From Candidatus Zixiibacteriota bacterium (GTDB taxonomy: Bacteria; Zixibacteria; MSB-5A5; GN15; FEB-12): a DNA stretch of 48,146 bases. Positions 18,155 through 26,559 of the stretch are shown here, piece by piece. Under the pieces are notes generated by a model, which was not told the DNA's origin, did no database searches, and saw nothing but the letters and a program-made list of their open reading frames with translations. Location of the stretch: NCBI GenBank assembly GCA_024277795.1, contig JAJRUL010000180.1, forward strand, positions 1 through 48,146, read 5' to 3'. Each line of letters opens with the position of its first letter. Position 1 is the first letter of the stretch. Position numbers and translations under genes: made by a program.

Positions 18155-19535
18155 ATTGTTTTTTCAAGCAGCGTCTCTTTCGGTCTGATTCTTCTTCGTC
18201 CTGACCACGATTCCGTCTTCAAACTTCACTCCATCAAGAACTTGTCGCACCAAGTGGGGCGCTTTCAGTCGTTGCCATCGGTTCTGTGCCCGCAGGATCA
18301 ACTGAAAGATCAGATACAAGGCTGACCGTGGTGACTTGATCCGCCTTGTGGCGTTGGTGCGCAGCTTGACGGTGCCGAAGGTCGACTCGATCGGATTGGT
18401 CGTCTTCAAACTTACCCAGTGCTCCTTGGGATAGTTGAAATAGGTCAGCAGAGAGTCACGGTCTTTCAGCAGACACTCGACTGCGCGAGGATAGTCGCGC
18501 CCATAGACCTCGGAAAACTGTGCCATCAGCGTCTCGCTCTGTTGCCTGGTGTCTGCGTCGTACATCTGCCGCAACAGCAGCTTGACCTCGGCATGCAGCC
18601 GTTTCGGGAAGTGAACCATGACGTTGCGCATCTTGTGGACCCAGCATCTCTGGTGATCCGCCTTGGGATAGACTTTGTCGATAGCGCCCCACAAACCAAG
18701 CGCGCCGTCACCGGCAAACAGCTTCGGATCAGTCAAGCCCCTGGCTTTCAAGTCTCGCAACACCTCCGCCCAGCTCTCGGTCGACTCACGATACCCCTCG
18801 ACAATCGCCAGAGGCTCCTTCTCGCCGTTCTCATTGGCTCCCAGCACAACCAGGAAAGCCGTCTTGTCACCCTGAAGGCAGGCCTTCGGATAGACACCGT
18901 CACACCACAGGTAGGCGTACCGGTGGTCCGCTAACGAACGTTTCCGCCAGGCCTCGTACTCACTCTCCCAGTGCTCTTTGAGACGCACTATGGTCGAGGG
19001 AGACAGACTAGCCCTCTCACCCAAAAGACCGCGCAAGGCCGGCTCAAAATCACCCGTCGCCAAACCCTGAACATACAGCTCTGGAATCAACTCCTTGACT
19101 GCATTGGATCGCCTTTGGTAGGCCGGCAAAACCTGCGAGGCAAAACGATCTTCACTGTCCCGCACTCGCGGTGCACGCACATTCACCGTTCCACTGCCAA
19201 GCGTCACCTGCCGCTGTTTGCCATACCCGTTGCGATAGCCTGGAGATACTTTTTTTCGCTCATACCGTTGCCGTCCCAAAAACTCGGTCACTTCGGCCTT
19301 GAGGACTGACACCAGCATACGCCGGGCGCCCTCGCGGGCGATGCTGTCCAGATCACCAGCCAAATCAGTTGTCTCCATCGACAGGTTTTCACTTGTCGAG
19401 TCACTCAATTTCCTGTACTTTGACATCAGCGTATCCTTTCGTTTGTCCCGCCTCCAGCGGGACTGTTTCGGTTATAATTTCACCGAAAGGTTACGCTACT
19501 TTTTTATCAATTTCCACACCTTTTGAAATTAACTC
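18131..19535 (-). mobile_element. IS256-family insertion sequence (about 1.4 kb)
   Basis: A single Mutator-type transposase ORF is flanked by imperfect terminal inverted repeats. The left repeat is GAGCTCATGTCAAGAGTTGTGTAAATTG (18131-18158). The reverse complement of 19508-19535 is GAGTTAATTTCAAAAGGTGTGGAAATTG, matching 22 of 28 positions. No target-site duplication was seen, so the ends are approximate. Confidence 0.8.
18164..19426 (-). CDS. IS256-family (Mutator-type) transposase
   Basis: 420 aa with the characteristic YPKADHQRCWVHKMRNV motif and LWCDGVY / FAGDGALGLW acidic-residue regions. Confidence 0.95.
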   Translation of the reverse strand: MSKYRKLSDSTSENLSMETTDLAGDLDSIAREGARRMLVSVLKAEVTEFLGRQRYERKKVSPGYRNGYGKQRQVTLGSGTVNVRAPRVRDSEDRFASQVLPAYQRRSNAVKELIPELYVQGLATGDFEPALRGLLGERASLSPSTIVRLKEHWESEYEAWRKRSLADHRYAYLWCDGVYPKACLQGDKTAFLVVLGANENGEKEPLAIVEGYRESTESWAEVLRDLKARGLTDPKLFAGDGALGLWGAIDKVYPKADHQRCWVHKMRNVMVHFPKRLHAEVKLLLRQMYDADTRQQSETLMAQFSEVYGRDYPRAVECLLKDRDSLLTYFNYPKEHWVSLKTTNPIESTFGTVKLRTNATRRIKSPRSALYLIFQLILRAQNRWQRLKAPHLVRQVLDGVKFEDGIVVRTKKNQTERDAA

Positions 19536-20145
19536 CTCATATAAGACTTCCTATGCGTTCAAATAACAAATGTTGCTATATTGTCTTAGTAACCATTCTT
19601 ATGGAATCTAATCTGAAAACAACCCTTAATATACTACTCTATGATGGGTAAAGTGTCAATGTTGAATAATTGATATGATGTCACTGATACTATTACTTGT
19701 AGCCTTTATCCATCCAACTCAGAAGAATATACATTTTTCTAACATCCTGACATATAGTAACTGAATCTACCTTATCGGCTTACGGACTGTAACCTACCAA
19801 GTGATCTCAAAGAGATCGGCTGGTGGAGTACAGTTGTGTGTCATGTCACAATTTGCTAATGGACATAGGGTAAGATAATAGTGATGATTGTTTGCAAAGA
19901 AATATGAGTCAGGAGCACAGGGCTCCTGACCTACTTTGCTAACATAGGGCATAGAATCGACAAAAGCAACTGCAAGCGATCTCGTTCTGAAGGCAATTTT
20001 GCATTATCTCTAACTACAAATACGTCTACCACAAAAAGAACGATATATTGCAACTTCACTATAAAGTCGGATACTAATTTGATTTCTCACATATATACGT
20101 TACATTTACTGAAATGACTTTTTTGACAGGATATGTGAAGGATAG

Positions 20146-21345
20146 ATGAAACAACAATACGAACTTATGGCTCCTGCCGGCAATTTTCCGATGCTATCAA
20201 CTGCTGTCAAAGCAGGTGCAGACGCAGTCTATTTTGGTCTAAACGACTTTTCGATGCGTGCCAGTTCAAAGAACTTTGCCATCTCTGAATTGGAAGAAAT
20301 GCGGGAGATCTGCAACTCATCCGATCGTTCAGTAAAAATGTACCTTACTCTCAACACGATAATATATGATGATGAGATCGAGCAACTGCAAGAGGTTATT
20401 ACCGAGATCAAAGGGAAAGTCGATGCCGTAATATGTTGGGATCATGCAGTCATGAATCTTTGCCGTCACCACAAAATCCCCTTCTTTATCTCAACCCAAG
20501 CATCTGTTGCAAATCGAGCGGCGGCAGAATTTTACAAGAATCTTGGAGCTGAACGAGTAGTTTTAGCCAGAGAATTGAATCTTACACAGATTAAGAGTAT
20601 CTCCAACGTTATAGATGTCGAATGTTTCGTCCATGGAGCTATGTGTGTTGCAATCTCAGGACGGTGCTTTATGTCACAGTTTACTCATAAGAAGTCAGCC
20701 AATAGAGGGGAGTGCTATCAAAATTGTCGGAGAAGCTATACTATCATTGATGATTCAGGAAACGAATTACAACTTGAAAACTCCCGTGTTATGTCAGCTA
20801 AAGACCTCTGTGCACTATCTCTGATCAAACAGATGAAAGATGCTGGAGTAATGAGCTATAAAATTGAAGGACGGGGTCGTGACCCTCGGTATGTTGATGT
20901 CGTCACCAGAGCATATCGTCGAGCACTTGATAATAACTTATCAGATAACGAGATAGCTGATGAAATCAAAGAGCTTGAAAAAGTGTTTAACAGACAATTC
21001 TCAACAGGTTTTTATCTTGAAGTACCCTCAAAAGAAGGTTTTTCGACTGCTGATAATAATAATGCAACTGAAACCAAGACTACTCTCGGAAAAGTCACAA
21101 ACTATTATTCGCGGAATAAAGTCGCTGCAATTCATTTACTGGCTGATCTCAATATCGGTGATGAAATCATCATTATCGGAAATAAAACTGGAGTTGAAAA
21201 AATCAAGGTAGAAAAGATCGAAATTGATGGCAAACCAGTTGATAAGGGGCGCAAAGGAGAACGGGTTGGAATACGGATACCAGGGGTAAGAAAAAACGAT
21301 TCTGTGTTCAAAATACTGAAAAAAGTAAAAATAACTGTACATTAA
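20146..21345 (+). CDS. U32-family protein (annotated as peptidase U32; Fe-S dependent RlhA/TrhP/UbiU-V-like enzyme family)
   Basis: N-terminus ELMAPAGN...AGADAVYFG. The four-Cys motif CVAISGRC-x15-CYQNC equals CX6CX15CX3C. Confidence 0.88.
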   Translation: MKQQYELMAPAGNFPMLSTAVKAGADAVYFGLNDFSMRASSKNFAISELEEMREICNSSDRSVKMYLTLNTIIYDDEIEQLQEVITEIKGKVDAVICWDHAVMNLCRHHKIPFFISTQASVANRAAAEFYKNLGAERVVLARELNLTQIKSISNVIDVECFVHGAMCVAISGRCFMSQFTHKKSANRGECYQNCRRSYTIIDDSGNELQLENSRVMSAKDLCALSLIKQMKDAGVMSYKIEGRGRDPRYVDVVTRAYRRALDNNLSDNEIADEIKELEKVFNRQFSTGFYLEVPSKEGFSTADNNNATETKTTLGKVTNYYSRNKVAAIHLLADLNIGDEIIIIGNKTGVEKIKVEKIEIDGKPVDKGRKGERVGIRIPGVRKNDSVFKILKKVKITVH

Positions 21346-21605
21346 GTTCTGTAGAACTACCTCTTACACGTCTTCAGTCATATCACAGTAAATAATAAGC
21401 GATACAGTACAGAGACTGCCATGATTGTCCGATGATTCAGATAATACTTGTCATTTTAAGATAAGTATGGTAGATTATTGTTAGTTATATTTTTCACAAA
21501 CAAAGTCTGTTGCGAAACGACTTAACCAAACTAAGCTGTTGCCTCTCACATTATTGCAGAGGCAGTTCGGAATCAGACTTTAGAAAAAAAGTGATGTGTG
21601 ATAAT

Positions 21606-24600
21606 ATGAAATTGATCAAGCTCTTGCCAATGTGGATACTTTTGTTAACTGTTTCGACTGTTGTTGCTGACGAAATGGGAACAAAAGATGCAAAGTCACC
21701 AGTTATTACTGTTTCCTCAACACAAGTATCAGTTTCCCCTGTTAATCGGTATGCAATCAATACTACCGTGATTTCATGTCAATTCACCGATCCCGCACAA
21801 CCTAGTGTTACCGCTTTCAGTTGTACAATCAAATTGCGGGAACCTGACAATCTTACCGAACAGATACTTGTCAATAACCTGACAAACGGTAATGGTGGCC
21901 TAACAATAACCGATCTCGGGTCCGGCAACTATGAAGTAACGTATACTTATGATCCACCTGCTTATCAGTCCTTAGGGCTTTACGATCTCTATTTTGAAGT
22001 GACCGACGGCACCACTTCTGCGATTGATGGATTTGCAAACAATCTGGATGAGCTAAGCATTGTCGAGATAATTCCAAACCGAGCACCTGTTGTACAAACG
22101 GATGCAACATTTGCCAACCCATCTGGTGTCGATCGAATTGGCCTTAACTCAGTTACGATCTCCGCACCATTCTCTGATCTTGACAACCCTGGTGTATCTG
22201 CGTTTTTCGTTACCTTTAAGATCCGTCATTCAGTTGACCTGACCGAAATCGTCCTTGCGGATAATGTCGCGAATGGAACTTCAGGAGTAACTATTACCGA
22301 CCTCGGGTCAGGAAATTACCAAGCATCGATTGATTGGGATCCGGGGGATCTGCAAACTCTGGGTCTTTATGATTTATATTTTCATGTGACTGAAGGTGCA
22401 GACACCTCATTTGATGCTTTTGGCAACAATCAGGGAGAGCTTGAAGTTTATGATGCTATAACGAACAAACCGCCAACAGTAGTCAGCGGTAACACTTCAG
22501 TACTCCCCTCAACGATAAATCGCATCGGATCTGATTTTACGATGATCAAATCTGTTTTTTCCGATGCTGATATACCCGGAAAATCATCATTTACCGTTAC
22601 GATCAAAGTTCAAGACCCAGCACTAACTGAGACAGTTATTGTCAACGGCGCTAAGCATGGTGAGCAAGGTTTACGTATTGTCCACCTCGGTGATTCATTA
22701 TATGAAGCTGCTGTCTTGTGGGATCCTGATGTAGCAGATGCTACTGGTCTTTACAATCTGTATTTTGAAGTAACAGATAATAACGGTGCTACTGCGATAG
22801 ATGATTACACAGCTAACACAAGTGAACTAACTGTCACATCTGCCGCTCTGCTTGGCGATGGTTTCTTGCTCCACCGTGATGCCTCAGCAGGGTCATGCGG
22901 GGGTGTTTCATCTGCATGTCATGACTTGAAAGACCATCAAGCACAAGACTGCCGTGTCTGTCATACCCCGCATAGCACAAAAAATATCTATCTTGTAGAA
23001 GATACGATCCAAACACCAAACTCGGGACCGAAAGAAGTTATTTTCAAAACACTCGGTATCGGCGATCCATACAACGCCCCTGACCCGATTATAGGCGATC
23101 CGAATTCAGGTGTCATGGCTGATGATGCGGATGGTGTCACTACGGGAGTCTGTGAAGTATGTCATACTACCACATTGCATCACCGTAATGACAACACTCA
23201 CCCTGATCGTAATCATAATAATGCCCAAATCTGTGTCAACTGTCATCCTCATTCAGAAGGTTTTGCCGCTGGTGAATCTGGAGGTGGTATGGCCTGTGCA
23301 TGTCATGGTGATATTCTTAGTGCAATGGACAGTACGTCTATTCTGAGTCGCCATGTATTGTTTGATGCTGCGGCAGATTATTCACCCGGCGCATCAGGAA
23401 TGTATACGATCAAAAATTGTCTGTCTTGCCATGTTGACCATGACATCTTCCGCCCCGATCTCAACACAGGTATAGGGACTCGTGCCTCAAACCTTCGAAC
23501 AGACTGGGCTATTGATCCAGTACAAGGTGACAACACTGTCCTCCTCAACAGTGACTATCAATCTACGGGTAAAGGCGGTGTCTGCCTTTCTTGTCATTCT
23601 GATGACCCGACCTGTTCAGGATGTCATAGTGCGCACAAATTACCTCGTGAACTCCCTCCGCTGAGTGCAAAAGTACCAAATGCACATAGGTTTGTAACAA
23701 AGACCAATTATGATGCGGCAACAAGCGGACACAACTATTCGGTTCCACTTACTTTTACAAAAGATGGTTCAGTCTTTAATGCCAACTGTGTAAAATGTCA
23801 TAATGATGATATGGCTAAGACATATCAGAATTCAACTGTCAAGGCTTCCTTACATGGTTCTACATTCTCAATGCTTTTAGATTCATCAGGCGTTGCTGTT
23901 CCGACCAGCCCTCTTGAAGAGGAGTTCTGTTTCAAATGTCATTCATCAACATCGAATCCGAATGCGGGAACGAGTCAGGATTACTTCGGAGTCAAAGCGA
24001 TGAGCACTCCTGCACTTAATATGGAAGCAGAATTCAATCAAGCATCTATACATCCTATTGGGTCATTCAAGTCAATCCATACACCTATAGAAAATCTTAC
24101 AACAATGACCCGCCACGTTGAATGTACTGATTGCCACAATCCTCATGCGGCTAGTGCTGGCACTTCGGGTAATCTTCCAAATTCACTCATAGATGTTCGC
24201 GGGATTGATGTCTTTGGGAACTTCATTGATCCAATTACAGAAGGGTACCAAATCTGCTTCAAATGCCACGGTGACAATCCAGGCACAACTCAGCTAGTCA
24301 CACGACAGTTTAATAATACTGGGAATACGCGCCTTGAGTTTGATACTGCCTCAGTTTCATATCATCCCGTTGTCGGTCAAGGGAAGAATCCTAATTCACC
24401 ATCACTAATAGGTGGATGGACCGAAACGAGCGTTATGAAATGTGAAGATTGTCATTCATCCTCTGCGGGAACAGTGAATGGCCCTCATGGATCATCATAT
24501 AGTCCGATTCTCAAACTACGTTTTGATACTGGTGACAATTTCAATGAATCGGCTACTATATATGCTCTCTGTTATTCCTGTCATGATCGTAACAGTATTC

Positions 24601-24836
24601 TTGCTAATGATAGTTTCAAAGAACACAATAAACATATCAATGGTGAGAAAGCTCCCTGTTCTGTCTGCCATGATGCTCACGGCTCAACAGGTCAAGCACA
24701 TCTAATCAATTTTGATACTAATGTTTGTACACCTTCATCATCTACAGGACGTTTAGAGTTTGTTGATAATGGAACTTTCAAAGGAACATGTTACGTAACC
24801 TGTCACGGCAAAGATCATAAGCCAAAGAGCTACTAA
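21606..24836 (+). CDS. secreted multihaem c-type cytochrome with three N-terminal Ig-like repeats
   Basis: Signal peptide MKLIKLLPMWILLLTVSTVVA. There are 13 canonical CxxCH motifs: CRVCH, CEVCH, CVNCH, CLSCH x2, CSGCH, CVKCH, CFKCH x2, CTDCH, CEDCH, CYSCH, CSVCH. Three variant motifs are also present (CGGVSSACH, CACH, CYVTCH). Many take the C..CH.PH form, as in Geobacter doubled-CXXCH proteins. Alternative starts are 21510 (TTG) and 21594. Confidence 0.85.
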   Translation: MKLIKLLPMWILLLTVSTVVADEMGTKDAKSPVITVSSTQVSVSPVNRYAINTTVISCQFTDPAQPSVTAFSCTIKLREPDNLTEQILVNNLTNGNGGLTITDLGSGNYEVTYTYDPPAYQSLGLYDLYFEVTDGTTSAIDGFANNLDELSIVEIIPNRAPVVQTDATFANPSGVDRIGLNSVTISAPFSDLDNPGVSAFFVTFKIRHSVDLTEIVLADNVANGTSGVTITDLGSGNYQASIDWDPGDLQTLGLYDLYFHVTEGADTSFDAFGNNQGELEVYDAITNKPPTVVSGNTSVLPSTINRIGSDFTMIKSVFSDADIPGKSSFTVTIKVQDPALTETVIVNGAKHGEQGLRIVHLGDSLYEAAVLWDPDVADATGLYNLYFEVTDNNGATAIDDYTANTSELTVTSAALLGDGFLLHRDASAGSCGGVSSACHDLKDHQAQDCRVCHTPHSTKNIYLVEDTIQTPNSGPKEVIFKTLGIGDPYNAPDPIIGDPNSGVMADDADGVTTGVCEVCHTTTLHHRNDNTHPDRNHNNAQICVNCHPHSEGFAAGESGGGMACACHGDILSAMDSTSILSRHVLFDAAADYSPGASGMYTIKNCLSCHVDHDIFRPDLNTGIGTRASNLRTDWAIDPVQGDNTVLLNSDYQSTGKGGVCLSCHSDDPTCSGCHSAHKLPRELPPLSAKVPNAHRFVTKTNYDAATSGHNYSVPLTFTKDGSVFNANCVKCHNDDMAKTYQNSTVKASLHGSTFSMLLDSSGVAVPTSPLEEEFCFKCHSSTSNPNAGTSQDYFGVKAMSTPALNMEAEFNQASIHPIGSFKSIHTPIENLTTMTRHVECTDCHNPHAASAGTSGNLPNSLIDVRGIDVFGNFIDPITEGYQICFKCHGDNPGTTQLVTRQFNNTGNTRLEFDTASVSYHPVVGQGKNPNSPSLIGGWTETSVMKCEDCHSSSAGTVNGPHGSSYSPILKLRFDTGDNFNESATIYALCYSCHDRNSILANDSFKEHNKHINGEKAPCSVCHDAHGSTGQAHLINFDTNVCTPSSSTGRLEFVDNGTFKGTCYVTCHGKDHKPKSY
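21696..22844 (+). repeat. three tandem repeats of about 125 aa within the cytochrome N-terminus
   Basis: A shared core appears three times: ITDLGSGNYEVTYTYDPPAYQSLGLYDLYFEVTDG, ITDLGSGNYQASIDWDPGDLQTLGLYDLYFHVTEG and IVHLGDSLYEAAVLWDPDVADATGLYNLYFEVTDN. Confidence 0.8.
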
Positions 24837-24857
24837 TCCATTAGTACACAACAAATG

Positions 24858-24895
24858 AGAACAGCCACCTTCCCTATCAAGAAGGTGGCTGTTCT
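24858..24895. terminator. bidirectional intrinsic terminator between the convergent cytochrome gene and narK
   Basis: Perfect 15-bp stem agaacagccaccttc / gaaggtggctgttct with an 8-nt loop. Confidence 0.8.
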
Positions 24896-24927
24896 TATTA
24901 GATCTGCAAACTAGTGTCAACAGATAC

Positions 24928-26544
24928 CTAACATGTTATTTCAGAATTCTTCCTGGCATAGTACCACCAATTAAGAGCTAAACACGTAAGATAATAAACT
25001 CCAAAACCGTACAGAGCGTTTTCTGGTGTTCCCGCTTTAATCTGAGTCGCGAATATTTTTGGGATAAGAAATGCACCGTACGCGGCAATCGCTGAAGTCC
25101 ATCCAAGAACTGGTCCCGCTTGTTCCTTGTTAAAGATGATCGCAATCATACGAAACGTTGAGCCGTTACCAATTCCAGTCGTTGCGAACAACAGAATAAA
25201 GAGAAGCAAGAAAGGCCAAAAATATACTTCAGGTGTTGGAGATGAGTTTGCCAAACTCACGGTATACCCACATGCCACTACCGACCCGATCATAATAAGC
25301 GTATCCCAGTGAGTTACTCGCGCTCCTCCCCATTTGTCTGAGAGCCAACCACCAATTGGACGAATTGCAGCCCCCATAGCGGCACCAAGAAAAGCAAACT
25401 TTAATATATCAGGTGCATTAGGATTTACTATTGCCTCTGCCAATGGCTGTCCGACTGAGTCTACTCGAATATATCCGAAGACATCTTTGAGTAACTTTGG
25501 AAAAGCATTAGCATAACCAATAAAAGATCCAAAGGTCATAATATACAGGTAACTCATAATCCAATTATGTTTGTCCTTGAATATGGCAAACTGTTCAAGC
25601 AGGTTTTCCTTAGTCGACTTTGGTGTAAGATATCTCATGAGCAAAAGTGTGGTAATAACAGCAATAACAAGAATAACAAAAATCTTCAACAGGACTGGAA
25701 AACCACCCCATGGTAGAAGAAGGAAGTACACACCGACAGCAGCACCAAGAAATCCGAGAAACTCAAGCCAGAGATATTTTCCAACAGCAACAGGAGTCGG
25801 GCCACACTTATGTTGAGGCAGGTTATTCATGAACAAAAATGCGAGAATACCGAAGAATGCTAGGATCGGAACCCATATCATTGCGGCGTTGTGTATCCAG
25901 ATAGGATTACCACGAAGAATATGTGACTCACCACCAAAAATCCCAAACGTTATGACAAGCGGTATTGTCACTTGCATAACCGCTACACCTAAATTACCAA
26001 TCCCGGCGTTTAACCCCAAGGTCAATCCTTGCATCCGCTTTGGGAAAAAGAAAGATATATTTGACATAGAGGACGCAAACGCACCGCCTCCAACACCTGA
26101 CAAACCTGCAAGGATAATAAACGTCATAAAAGGTGTCGATGGATCCTGCAGAGCGAAACCAGCCCCTAAAGCAGGTAAGATCGACAGAAGAGCTGTCATG
26201 AATTTGACATTCCTTCCACCGCATATTGCAATCATGAATGAATTCGGAATACGCGTTGTCGCACCGACAAGTCCTGCAACTGCAGGTAATGTGTACAATA
26301 CAGCTTTGTAGGAGCTTCCAGTCAATGGAATGCCATTGTTACCAAAGCTGAAAGCAAAAAGAGTAGCATCAACGTCATGCAAACCCTGAATCAGCCCAAC
26401 AATAACGCCCCAATAAATCCAAACAGAAAAACCAAGCAATAGATTGGGAATCGATATCCAAAGATTTCGATTCGCTATCTTCTTACCAGTCTGTTCCCAG
26501 AAGGATTCATCCTCAACATCCCACTTCTTAAGGTTAACACTCAT
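24928..26544 (-). CDS. narK: NarK-type (NarK2-like) nitrate/nitrite antiporter, MFS
   Basis: The N-terminus WDVEDESFWEQTGKKIANRNLWISIPNLLLGFSVW parallels E. coli NarK (W.pED.aFW...G..IA.RNLWIS.P.LLL.F.VW). Multi-TM MFS profile. Confidence 0.87.
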   Translation of the reverse strand: MSVNLKKWDVEDESFWEQTGKKIANRNLWISIPNLLLGFSVWIYWGVIVGLIQGLHDVDATLFAFSFGNNGIPLTGSSYKAVLYTLPAVAGLVGATTRIPNSFMIAICGGRNVKFMTALLSILPALGAGFALQDPSTPFMTFIILAGLSGVGGGAFASSMSNISFFFPKRMQGLTLGLNAGIGNLGVAVMQVTIPLVITFGIFGGESHILRGNPIWIHNAAMIWVPILAFFGILAFLFMNNLPQHKCGPTPVAVGKYLWLEFLGFLGAAVGVYFLLLPWGGFPVLLKIFVILVIAVITTLLLMRYLTPKSTKENLLEQFAIFKDKHNWIMSYLYIMTFGSFIGYANAFPKLLKDVFGYIRVDSVGQPLAEAIVNPNAPDILKFAFLGAAMGAAIRPIGGWLSDKWGGARVTHWDTLIMIGSVVACGYTVSLANSSPTPEVYFWPFLLLFILLFATTGIGNGSTFRMIAIIFNKEQAGPVLGWTSAIAAYGAFLIPKIFATQIKAGTPENALYGFGVYYLTCLALNWWYYARKNSEITC

Positions 26545-26559
26545 ATTTTACAGCCTCCG

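Noticed and set aside
18419-19309. Long plus-strand ORFs (171 aa, 112 aa) inside the IS element
   Set aside because: They are antisense to the intact transposase gene. High GC content lowers stop-codon frequency and produces spurious long frames.
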